DNA from: Nanobdella aerobiophila
Lineage (GTDB): Archaea; Nanobdellota; Nanobdellia; Nanobdellales; Nanobdellaceae
Direction of reading: 5' to 3'
DNA: 32,000 nucleotides
Assembly: GCF_023169545.1 (NCBI RefSeq)
Contig: NZ_AP019769.1
Span: 510,001 to 542,000 of the forward strand
Of the stretch, positions 7,735-15,577 are shown piece by piece; the first letter of the stretch is position 1, and each line of letters starts with the position of its first letter. The position numbers were made by a program, and so were the translations under genes. Below the pieces are notes generated by a model. That model was not told the origin of the DNA. It searched no databases and saw only the letters and a program-made list of their open reading frames with translations.

Positions 7735-8961
7735 TTAGCTTATTTTAATATACTTAATTTCTTCTTGAGGTGTTTGTTTAATATAAGCAACTTTTATATT
7801 TTTTATTGGTATTCTTATTTCTTCTTCAGAATTTTTATTGTCGAACATTATGTAAGCATAATCGAAGTCTATAAAATATACTCTGCCATATCCATAATCT
7901 GGGAAATCTATAATGAAAATCTTATCTCCAAAGTATAGATCTAATCCTATAAAAGTTTTAAAAGATCCCACAAGTACCGACAATAGGCTAATTAAATATG
8001 GGATAATTATAGTAAAATAGTTTTCTAATACAAAGTACCAAAATTTATTATTTAAAATATTACTGACTATTACATTGTAATTTTCTATTAAATATCCTAA
8101 TAAAAGCGAGAAATAAAATATAAAAAACGCTAATATATAGATCTCCTTTCTTTTTGACAAATTCAAATGAGAGTTCTTAATAATTATCATACAAGCTTTA
8201 AGTGCTTTAAGATAAGTATGTAAAAGATAATAAAGTATAGGGATTATTAGAGTATAAGTAAGTATAGTACTAAATATAGAAATAACACCGGAAAACGAAA
8301 ATAAAAACTTGATAGAAGAATACTCTATTATGTATAATGTTTCTTTATATATATCTAATAAATTTTGTATAGAAAAAATAGGTAGAATAAGACTAGCTAC
8401 TGATATGGATAGGATGATTGTAATAAGGAAAAATATTATACTAGATTCATTTATATCTTTTTTATTGTATAGTACATCTTTGTTTGTTCTTTTGATTTTT
8501 CTTATTACATTACTGGTGGATATCTCAAGTAGACAAATACTATATTTAAAAATTATAAAAACAAAAATAAAAGCGCCGATAAAAAATACTAATATAGAGG
8601 TATGTACAAAATTAAATAATATCAATAGGATAAGTGATATATATGATGATACTCCCAGAATAAAAACTCCCAGTGAAATTTCACCTTTAAAATACTTAAT
8701 ATTATCATAATAACATCTAAAAATTCTTTTAATTGATGAAAAATTAGTTAGATAACAATTCAATTTTAAATATTTTGGTACAGCAATTATAATTATAGCT
8801 AAAATTATTATGACAATTGTCAAATAAGAAAATCTTATTTTAATGACTGTAAGTATCATAGTAATGATAATAAATATTGCGAATAATAAAAACAAAGGAT
8901 TTAATTTGATGAAATTGTTAATAATCTCTTTTATTTTATTCAAAAATCTTGTATTTATCAT
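7735..8961 (-). CDS. Polytopic membrane protein with a C-terminal soluble beta-rich tail, unknown function
   Basis: 408 aa. About 8-10 hydrophobic spans are followed by 'GDKIFIIDFPDYGYGRVYFIDFDYAYIMFDNKNSEEEIRIPIKNIKVAYIKQ'. A TATA-like TTTTTAAG (8985-8992, minus strand) sits 23 nt upstream of the ATG. I recognise no family. Confidence 0.6.
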   Translation of the reverse strand: MINTRFLNKIKEIINNFIKLNPLFLLFAIFIIITMILTVIKIRFSYLTIVIIILAIIIIAVPKYLKLNCYLTNFSSIKRIFRCYYDNIKYFKGEISLGVFILGVSSYISLILLILFNFVHTSILVFFIGAFIFVFIIFKYSICLLEISTSNVIRKIKRTNKDVLYNKKDINESSIIFFLITIILSISVASLILPIFSIQNLLDIYKETLYIIEYSSIKFLFSFSGVISIFSTILTYTLIIPILYYLLHTYLKALKACMIIIKNSHLNLSKRKEIYILAFFIFYFSLLLGYLIENYNVIVSNILNNKFWYFVLENYFTIIIPYLISLLSVLVGSFKTFIGLDLYFGDKIFIIDFPDYGYGRVYFIDFDYAYIMFDNKNSEEEIRIPIKNIKVAYIKQTPQEEIKYIKIS

Positions 8962-9320
8962 AAAAGATATGATTATATATTTTCCTTAAAAATATAACTA
9001 GTAAAATATAGGCATAAATAATCATAAATTACATATTAATAGAATTATGAGGAAATAAAAATAATATGTATAATATCTATAATGCATTATGATATACTCT
9101 ATCACAAAATTTTTGAATCATAAATATAAAAATAAATAATGAACTACTTTACAATTAATCCTAAATTTTACTTATAAATAATACCTTTTTAGTTCTTAAT
9201 GAAATATATATTCTTTTATCTTTTACTGTGTTAAATAAAATATAAACAGATTTTCTAAAATAACAAAATTCTTTAAATTAATTAGAAAAATTTTAAAGAT
9301 TTTTCAAGAAACCAACATTA

Positions 9321-10283
9321 ATGACTTATCTTTCAATTTATTGGTATGAACTTTTAATATTCCTTATAATTATTTCATTATCATTTTACGCTTTATACTA
9401 CGCTTTATACAATATTTGTAAAATTCTTATAAATAGAAAAAAGAATATATCTAAGGAAGAAATAAATAAAAAATTTTCATATACAAATATTGTTGCTAAA
9501 ACAATTGTCTATATACCTTTTTTTCTTCTTATATTTATTTTTACATTTCCATTATTTTTAATCTTTAATACATATGTCATTGAATATCTTTTATCTTATA
9601 TATCTCTATTTATAGTAGAAAAAAATGTATCTTCCATATCGATTTTTTCAAATTTTTTATCTGCTCTTGCTGTCTTTGGTTTATATCTTCTTTTTATAAA
9701 CTTCGCGAAATTCCTATATAAGAAATTCTATTTATTGAATGAATATTCACAAAATAAAACTAATCTTATAGATATGGGAGATAATCTATATAAGAAATTC
9801 TATTTATTGAATGAATATTCACAAAATAAAACTAATCTTATAGATATGGGAGATAATGTAGTATATAATATAAGATTTTTATTTTTAATATATTTAGTTT
9901 TGATATGTTTGATATTGGTTATATATATACTTTATTATTGGATACATCATACTCTGCCTATAAAATTGAAAATAAGTTGGAATTTCATTCTAGTTTCTGT
10001 AACAATAATGCTACTGTATCCATCTTTATTATCTATTCTTCTATCAAACGCAGAAAATCTTAAGGATAATGGATTATCTAAGAGTATAAGAAACTATACT
10101 ATTCAGATGTTTCTATTATATACTACTATCTTAGCGATTTTTCTTTATATTTATATATTTCATACAAATAGTGGCTTTAGTCATATCTTTTATCTAGTAA
10201 TTGTTACTTCTACAATATTCTCGATCTTCATAATAAATTTTTTTATACTTTCATGGTATCTAAAAAATAAATCTGCCAAATAA
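9321..10283 (+). CDS. Polytopic membrane protein, unknown function, carrying an exact 24-aa tandem duplication
   Basis: 320 aa with multiple hydrophobic spans. 'LYKKFYLLNEYSQNKTNLIDMGDN' occurs twice in tandem. A TATA-like TTTTAAAG (9291-9298) sits 22 nt upstream of the ATG. Confidence 0.6.
   Translation: MTYLSIYWYELLIFLIIISLSFYALYYALYNICKILINRKKNISKEEINKKFSYTNIVAKTIVYIPFFLLIFIFTFPLFLIFNTYVIEYLLSYISLFIVEKNVSSISIFSNFLSALAVFGLYLLFINFAKFLYKKFYLLNEYSQNKTNLIDMGDNLYKKFYLLNEYSQNKTNLIDMGDNVVYNIRFLFLIYLVLICLILVIYILYYWIHHTLPIKLKISWNFILVSVTIMLLYPSLLSILLSNAENLKDNGLSKSIRNYTIQMFLLYTTILAIFLYIYIFHTNSGFSHIFYLVIVTSTIFSIFIINFFILSWYLKNKSAK
9714..9857. repeat. Perfect 2 x 72-bp tandem duplication (9714-9785 and 9786-9857)
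   Basis: The unit ctatataagaaattctatttattgaatgaatattcacaaaataaaactaatcttatagatatgggagataat is repeated head-to-tail with no mismatch, in frame within the 320-aa ORF. Confidence 0.95.
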
Positions 10284-10671
10284 AATATAAAAGCATAACT
10301 GATTTAAATATGGGCAATAAATTCGTGTCGTATAACCCAGATTATCCGTCATCCATAAAGGGCACGATATATATAAATATACTTAAGTATATCATGGTCT
10401 TAATTTTTACAAAATTTTATATTATATAGGAAAGATTAATTAATTATAAAATTATGGAATTTTTAGAAATAATAGTAACTCCGATTAAATATAAAAGAAG
10501 AGTATATACATCCATAATTTTTATGGCTGATAAACTTAATGACTTTAACATAACTATACAAAATATAAAGATGTTGTAATTTATTTAGAAATGGACGAGT
10601 ATTGATAGAAAATATTAAAATTTTTGATTATTTTTTAAATTAGATAAATATTTATTCGATAATTTTAACTT

Positions 10672-10862
10672 TTAATTCTGATAATATTCTTTTATATCTA
10701 AAAAATCTTTATCTTTTGTCAATATTTCTGTATTATATTTAATTGCAATAGCAGAAATGATAATATCTGCATCATTTTTAATTTTTTCATTATTTCTTGA
10801 TCTATATTAATTATATTTAATGCATTTGTTAATAATTCTTTAATCTTAAGAATATTTTTGGA
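10672..10862 (-). pseudogene. Degraded PIN-domain (VapC-like) gene remnant: C-terminal half only, frameshifted
   Basis: One minus-strand frame gives SKNILKIKELLTNALNIINIDQEIMKKLK. The adjacent frame gives NDADIIISAIAIKYNTEILTKDKDFLDIKEYYQN*. The second piece has the typical PIN C-terminal 'D..I.A.A......L.T.D.dF' signature. The frames switch inside A/T homopolymer runs at 10775-10787. A stop lies at 10863-10865, and I found no N-terminal half. Confidence 0.4.
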
Positions 10863-10993
10863 TTAGAATTAAGAAGGATAATAGATATCTAATGAAAAAT
10901 TCGTTAATATAGTTCAAACTTATACAATAACTAAATATAAAAATTTGTTAATAAATCGAAGAATTTTACTCAATAAAACAAAATTTTAAAACT

Positions 10994-11482
10994 TTATGTT
11001 AGAGTTGCTTGTTCTGCTACACCACCATATGTAAACGTCAATATATAATAATAAGTTCCATTTCCACTAATTATATTATTAACTATTGTACTGTTACAAC
11101 TTAATTCTAATGTATTCTGAGATCCTGTTGGTATTGCAGTAGAGTTTCCAGGAGTTGATCCAACCTGGTTTATATTACATGTATAAGTATTACCATCATA
11201 TGACTGATTTGCTGTATAATATTCTCCGGCATCTACAACCATTGAAGAAGGAACTATAGGTACATTACCATTATTATATATTACTGCATATATATTACTA
11301 CCTGAAACATAAGTATTTGGTATGGAAAATGAGACAGTCTGTGTTGCTCTAGATACCTGATTTGATGTTGATGTTGTTAATGTACTGAATAATCCAGATA
11401 ACCATGCATACATTAATCCTGCTATTGCTACAGTCATTACAATTAATAATATAGTAGCTATAATTGGAGATATACCCTTCAT
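10994..11482 (-). CDS. Archaeal type IV pilin-like protein with a class III signal peptide
   Basis: The N-terminus 'MKGISPIIATILLIVMTVAIAGLMYAWLSGLF' has a short basic leader, a G|I processing-type site and a hydrophobic helix. The S/T/N-rich mature part carries four N-x-S/T sequons (NQS, NST, NST, NGT). Confidence 0.7.
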   Translation of the reverse strand: MKGISPIIATILLIVMTVAIAGLMYAWLSGLFSTLTTSTSNQVSRATQTVSFSIPNTYVSGSNIYAVIYNNGNVPIVPSSMVVDAGEYYTANQSYDGNTYTCNINQVGSTPGNSTAIPTGSQNTLELSCNSTIVNNIISGNGTYYYILTFTYGGVAEQATLT

Positions 11483-11504
11483 GATATAGATAAAAACTTT
11501 TGTA

Positions 11505-11512
11505 ATTTATAA
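11505..11512 (-). promoter_or_regulatory. TATA-like box for the pilin gene
   Basis: The minus strand reads TTATAAAT and ends 22 nt upstream of the ATG at 11482. It lies only 8 nt from the 5' end of the divergent tRNA-Arg. Confidence 0.35.
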
Positions 11513-11519
11513 GTATTAT

Positions 11520-11594
11520 GGATCCGTAGCTCAGCATGGATAGAGCGACGGCCTCCTAAGCCGTAGGTCGGGGGTTCGAATCCCCCCGGATCCG
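11520..11594 (+). tRNA. tRNA-Arg (anticodon CCT)
   Basis: Hand-folded cloverleaf: GGATCCG-TA-GCTC-AGCATGGATA-GAGC-G-ACGGC-CTCCTAA-GCCGT-AGGTC-GGGGG-TTCGAAT-CCCCC-CGGATCC-G. All stems are Watson-Crick. No CCA is encoded. Confidence 0.93.
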
Positions 11595-11826
11595 CTAAAA
11601 ATCAATCTAGTTTATATTAGAAATGTTCTAAATTAGTAGTCTATTAGACTATTTTTACATGATCTTACTATGATTATACAATTTTTATTCAAAAAAATTA
11701 TAATGAATAAATTAAATACAGGATCAAAGATCAAAATAGAAGAGATTTTATAATTAAAATTCCGAGGTCATTATATGATAAAATATTAAATATATAACGA
11801 TTATTTTAGGTATCAAAATTAATTTA

Positions 11827-12966
11827 CTAGACTAAAACATTATAAATACTAAAAATAAGCATTATTAAAATTATTGAAATTATAATTTTATATAAAATAT
11901 TTGATCTTCTAGATAAAAATAATAAATATATTAAAAATAAAAATGTAAATAAGTACAAAATATTATAAAATCTTATATTAAATTTATATAACACTATCAA
12001 GGTTAAGAATTCTACTATAACTATATATAAAGGAAATTTAAATTTAGGTTTATTTATTATAAGATCTTTATAAGCCCCATACTTTTCTTCCTTAGAAATG
12101 AGTACATATAATACCGATATTAATAATGCAATCAGAACAGATAAAAATATATTATGATACCCTATGATTTTTGATAATAATAAAGATATTAATAGAGATA
12201 ATATAAAAATGAGAATAGAATATATGTATTTAGTATTTAATTTATTCATCAAATAATTCCCAATTATTGTTCCCACTATAGAACCCAATATTAGATAAAA
12301 AACTATATTAATATCTATGTAGTTAGAATATAAAATTCCAGAAAATGTAGAAGTTAATAATATTATTAAAAAAGATGTCGCTATTGATGCCTTTATTGGT
12401 ACTTTCATTATGTATGTTTTATTTACATTTGATATTAATCCTGCACCTCCACCCAATAGGACTGATGAAAAACCGGCAAAGATTTCAAAAGGTATTCCAA
12501 ATTTTAAATTTTGCGGATAGTAATATATACCAGCTCCTTTATCATAAATATATCCGTATAATTCTAGCTTTTTAATATACTCTGGCGTATTTTTATAATA
12601 GAAGTATATTTTTCTCTTATATATAGTTACAAACAAAAATATAGATAATAAAAGCACATATAGTATATAAATCATTCGTTCATTTATAATAAAACTTTCA
12701 ATTATTTTTCCCATAAAAACTCCTATAACTGCTATAAGGGATAATAATAGTCCAAGATTTATATTAATATAATCCTTTATATATCTAGAAATATTTAACA
12801 AGGCAACGAATTGTGTAAATAGTAAAGAAGATCCAACAGAACTTAACAAATTAAAATTTAATAATAATAATAATGGTACTATCATTGTTCCAGCACATAT
12901 AGATATGTTTGATTCTATAATGCTAAATACAAGACCTATAAAAAATAAAATAAGTATTATATCCAA
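11827..12966 (-). CDS. Polytopic membrane protein, TSUP (TauE/SafE)-like permease with extra C-terminal TM segments
   Basis: 379 aa. Two glycine-rich TM motifs ('ICAGTMIVPLLLLL' and 'LLGGGAGLISNVN') resemble the duplicated TSUP signature. The start overlaps the stop of the ACD C-terminal piece by 10 nt. Confidence 0.4.
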   Translation of the reverse strand: MDIILILFFIGLVFSIIESNISICAGTMIVPLLLLLNFNLLSSVGSSLLFTQFVALLNISRYIKDYININLGLLLSLIAVIGVFMGKIIESFIINERMIYILYVLLLSIFLFVTIYKRKIYFYYKNTPEYIKKLELYGYIYDKGAGIYYYPQNLKFGIPFEIFAGFSSVLLGGGAGLISNVNKTYIMKVPIKASIATSFLIILLTSTFSGILYSNYIDINIVFYLILGSIVGTIIGNYLMNKLNTKYIYSILIFILSLLISLLLSKIIGYHNIFLSVLIALLISVLYVLISKEEKYGAYKDLIINKPKFKFPLYIVIVEFLTLIVLYKFNIRFYNILYLFTFLFLIYLLFLSRRSNILYKIIISIILIMLIFSIYNVLV

Positions 12967-13421
12967 CCTCTATTTTTTAAATCTAGTAGAAATTTTAATG
13001 ATTTTACTGCTTCATCCGGAGATTCAAATGCAGGAACATATTTATCTACAGATAATCTTATTTGTTCTGTAAAACCACCACCATATATTATAAAAACTAG
13101 AGGTACTCTCTTATTTATAATTTTAGATAATTTATCTGCAAATTTTTCGGAAAAAGATGCTAATTGAGGTAATAGTATTGAAATTATTCCTTCTGTCCTA
13201 TCATCATTAATTAAGATCTTTAATCCTTCAAGATATTGATCCTCATTCGCCTGCGCGGTTGTATCTATCGGATTATGAAATGAAGAAAAAGATGGCAATA
13301 TCCTTTTTAATTGTTCTTTTATATCTTCCGGAGTTTCACCTATATTTATATTATTAAACTCAAGTTCATCGGTAGTTAATACACCTTCACCCCCGCCATT
13401 AGTATAAATAAATACAACCAT
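12957..13421 (-). CDS. acdA: ADP-forming acetyl-CoA synthetase alpha subunit, C-terminal piece (flavodoxin-like ligase-CoA domain only)
   Basis: 154 aa. 'VVFIYTNGGGEGVLTTDELE...LPSFSSFHNPIDTTAQANEDQY...DDRTEGIISILLPQ' matches the C-terminal third of ACD alpha ('vaivTNaGGpGVlatD ... NPvDl.gdA'). It has its own ATG. Confidence 0.7.
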   Translation of the reverse strand: MVVFIYTNGGGEGVLTTDELEFNNINIGETPEDIKEQLKRILPSFSSFHNPIDTTAQANEDQYLEGLKILINDDRTEGIISILLPQLASFSEKFADKLSKIINKRVPLVFIIYGGGFTEQIRLSVDKYVPAFESPDEAVKSLKFLLDLKNRGWI

Positions 13422-13482
13422 TAATATTTATATATCAATTTAAATAAAAAACTTTTATTCAATAAAAAATTTTATTTATATA

Positions 13483-14226
13483 ATGAAGATATTTAATAAA
13501 TCAGAAAAAAATAATTTAAAATATATAAATATAATAGAAGAAATTAATAAAAAATTAAAAGAAAACGGGATATTTTCAGAAGATCTAGAAAAACTAATAG
13601 ATAATTATAGGAGAAATTATAAAAAAAAGGATCTTGAAAAAGAATTAAGGAATACTATAATAGATCTAAAGAACTTTTTAGAAATAAGAGCAAAGATATT
13701 TTCAAAATTAAAAAAATTATTAATTAACATAGAAAAGATAGATAAGGATTTAGAAAAAATAGAGGATATTTCTAAGACAGAATATTATGGGAGAAAAGTT
13801 ATAGATTATGATAAAGTATATAACAATATTAACAAGATTACACAAGATATATACAAAAAAATAGAGGACGTCTTAAGAGAAATGGATAATATTAAAAATT
13901 CGATAAACCAAATAAATGATTATGGTATATTAGATAGAGATCCATATCTAAAAGATATAGTATTAATAATTATTAGGGACAAGGAACCAATATTGGAGAA
14001 AGTACACCAAATATTAAATAATATTAGAAATGAAATAATTAATTCTGACAAGAAAGGGTTACAGATAAATGAACTAGTACAAATAAACAGAGCATCAGAA
14101 CAGATAATAAACGTATTAGGAATAGAAAACTTTGAAAAAGTAATGAACAGTATATTAAATGCCGAAAAAAGATATCTAGATATATTAAATTGGTTATTAC
14201 AAGAATTAAAAGATATTAAATTATAA
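13483..14226 (+). CDS. K/E/I/N-rich predicted coiled-coil protein, unknown function, lying between the two ACD-alpha pieces
   Basis: 247 aa, highly charged, with heptad-like repeats. I recognise no motif. It converges on the ACD N-terminal piece, and the palindrome TTATAA (14221-14226) supplies the stop codon on both strands. Confidence 0.5.
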   Translation: MKIFNKSEKNNLKYINIIEEINKKLKENGIFSEDLEKLIDNYRRNYKKKDLEKELRNTIIDLKNFLEIRAKIFSKLKKLLINIEKIDKDLEKIEDISKTEYYGRKVIDYDKVYNNINKITQDIYKKIEDVLREMDNIKNSINQINDYGILDRDPYLKDIVLIIIRDKEPILEKVHQILNNIRNEIINSDKKGLQINELVQINRASEQIINVLGIENFEKVMNSILNAEKRYLDILNWLLQELKDIKL

Positions 14227-15096
14227 ATAATAGCTTATAGTTTTTAAATATATCATAAATTCATTCATATTTTTTGGTTCAAATATTCTATACTGCTTGA
14301 ACAAATTTCTATATACTTCATAATCGCCAGCCATGGAAGCTGTATGTGAAGATACGGCAATTGAACCTCTAGTACTCTTTCCAGACTTTAATATAATTAT
14401 AGGTTTATTTATATCTTTTGCTATATCTAAAAATTCTTTACCAGTATTTGGTTTTAATCCTTCCATATATATAAATATTGCTCTTGTATTATTATCATTT
14501 TTTAATTCTTTCAATATATCTATCTCATTTATATCTATTTTATTACCATATGATATTATTTTAGAAACCCCTATATCTTTATTTGCTATCCATTCCATTA
14601 CAGCCATTGATATTGCACCAGATTGTGATAATAGTGCGATCCCTCCTCTTTTTGGTCTTTTTAATCTTACTGGATCAACAAAAAAAGTATCAAAACCTAA
14701 ATAAGGATCATATATACCCATACCATTTGGTCCTAATATTCTAATATTATATTTTCTCGAATATTCTAGTATTTTATCTTCTAAATCTTTTCTACCAACT
14801 TCAGAAAAACCTGCCGATATGATTATTGCCAACTTTATCCCCTTTTCTCCAGCTTCTCTTATTATATCTGGAACACTTTCTGCAGGTATTGATACAATTA
14901 CTGTATCTACATCTTTATCAATTTCTAATAGACTTTTATAAGACTTTAGATTATAGATAGTAGTATAATTTGGATTTACTGGGTATATATTACCTTTAAA
15001 ATCTGAGATTAAATTTTTTAATATTATATTCCCAACCTTACCTTCTTTATTTGAAGCCCCTACTAATGCAACACTTTTAATATCAAAAATTCCCAT
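14221..15096 (-). CDS. acdA: ADP-forming acetyl-CoA synthetase alpha subunit, N-terminal piece (CoA-binding domain plus phosphohistidine loop)
   Basis: 291 aa. 'SVALVGASNKEGKVGNIILKNL', 'ILGPNGMGIY' and the His loop 'VSSHTASMAGDYEVYRNLF' are present. It ends where full-length ACD alpha continues into the third domain. Confidence 0.8.
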   Translation of the reverse strand: MGIFDIKSVALVGASNKEGKVGNIILKNLISDFKGNIYPVNPNYTTIYNLKSYKSLLEIDKDVDTVIVSIPAESVPDIIREAGEKGIKLAIIISAGFSEVGRKDLEDKILEYSRKYNIRILGPNGMGIYDPYLGFDTFFVDPVRLKRPKRGGIALLSQSGAISMAVMEWIANKDIGVSKIISYGNKIDINEIDILKELKNDNNTRAIFIYMEGLKPNTGKEFLDIAKDINKPIIILKSGKSTRGSIAVSSHTASMAGDYEVYRNLFKQYRIFEPKNMNEFMIYLKTISYYL

Positions 15097-15398
15097 TATT
15101 TATATTTATTCTTACATATTGTACATAATAAGTCTTGAAAATCTAACAATGCTTTATTTCTATCTTTGTATAGTAAATAACCTAATTCGCTTATTATTTT
15201 ATATTCTTCTTCATCCATAATTATCTTCTTTCTTCCTCTTAATCCAGATATATATTGAGAAACTGCAGCTTGGGTTATTAATAGTTTTTTTGCTATTTCC
15301 TCCTGAGGTAAGTTATATTTTTCATATAACATTTTAGATAATTCCTTTTTTATTACAGGAAGGTCATACCTCACAAAATTTTCACATCTTAAACCCAT
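15096..15398 (-). CDS. Small HTH transcriptional regulator (COG2522-like)
   Basis: 100 aa. 'PQEEIAKKLLITQAAVSQYISGLRGRK' is a typical HTH with the 'AVSQY..G.R' signature. A TAATG stop/start overlap links it to the ACD N-terminal piece. Confidence 0.6.
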   Translation of the reverse strand: MGLRCENFVRYDLPVIKKELSKMLYEKYNLPQEEIAKKLLITQAAVSQYISGLRGRKKIIMDEEEYKIISELGYLLYKDRNKALLDFQDLLCTICKNKYK

Positions 15399-15473
15399 TA
15401 TAATTTATTATATGTTAACAATATTTAAAATAATTTATAGTAATCCAAAAATTTTAATATCTATCAAATTATA

Positions 15474-15545
15474 TGGACCCGGGGGGATTCGAACCCCCGA
15501 TCTTTGGATAGTGGATCCAATATCATACCACTAGACTACGGGTCC
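15474..15545 (-). tRNA. tRNA with an atypical anticodon loop (UCCACUA). The canonical register reads CAC (Val); CCA (Trp) would need a shifted register.
   Basis: Hand fold on the minus strand: GGACCCG-TA-GTCT-AGTGGTA-TGAT-A-TTGGA-TCCACTA-TCCAA-AGATC-GGGGG-TTCGAAT-CCCCC-CGGGTCC-A. Acceptor, anticodon and T stems are perfect. The canonical register gives C33 and U37. Confidence 0.8.
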
Positions 15546-15577
15546 TATTATAATATTTTTTAATAATAAATATTTTA

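Noticed and set aside
8309-8710. 133-aa plus-strand ORF antisense to the 408-aa membrane gene. Also 12375-12575 and 14333-14704, antisense to the TSUP-like and ACD genes.
   Set aside because: They lie entirely within longer opposite-strand ORFs that have coherent membrane or enzyme features. They have no start context or motifs of their own.
7700-9232. An 11-nt motif TAACACAGTAA at ~7700-7710 (plus) and ~9222-9232 (minus), flanking the 408-aa membrane gene as an inverted repeat.
   Set aside because: My rough estimate of chance occurrence for a motif this short and A/T-rich, over both strands of 32 kb, is not negligible (order 0.1). The similarity does not extend further, and there are no target-site duplications.
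10454-10579. 41-codon plus-strand ORF (MEFLEIIVTPIKYKRRVYTSIIFMADKLNDFNITIQNIKML) in the long spacer. I considered it as an antitoxin partner for the PIN remnant.
   Set aside because: It is on the opposite strand to the PIN remnant, has no recognisable DNA-binding motif, and has no promoter-spacing support.
11349-11537. 62-aa minus-strand ORF spanning the pilin 5' region and the tRNA-Arg 5' end.
   Set aside because: It overlaps a tRNA gene and the better-supported pilin ORF in another frame. It is spurious.
7164-11594. I looked for an att-type direct repeat of the tRNA-Arg 3' half, and for an integrase, that would delimit an integrated element.
   Set aside because: No partial tRNA copy and no integrase or transposase ORF was seen by eye. 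The island idea is therefore kept only as an inference from gene content and spacing.
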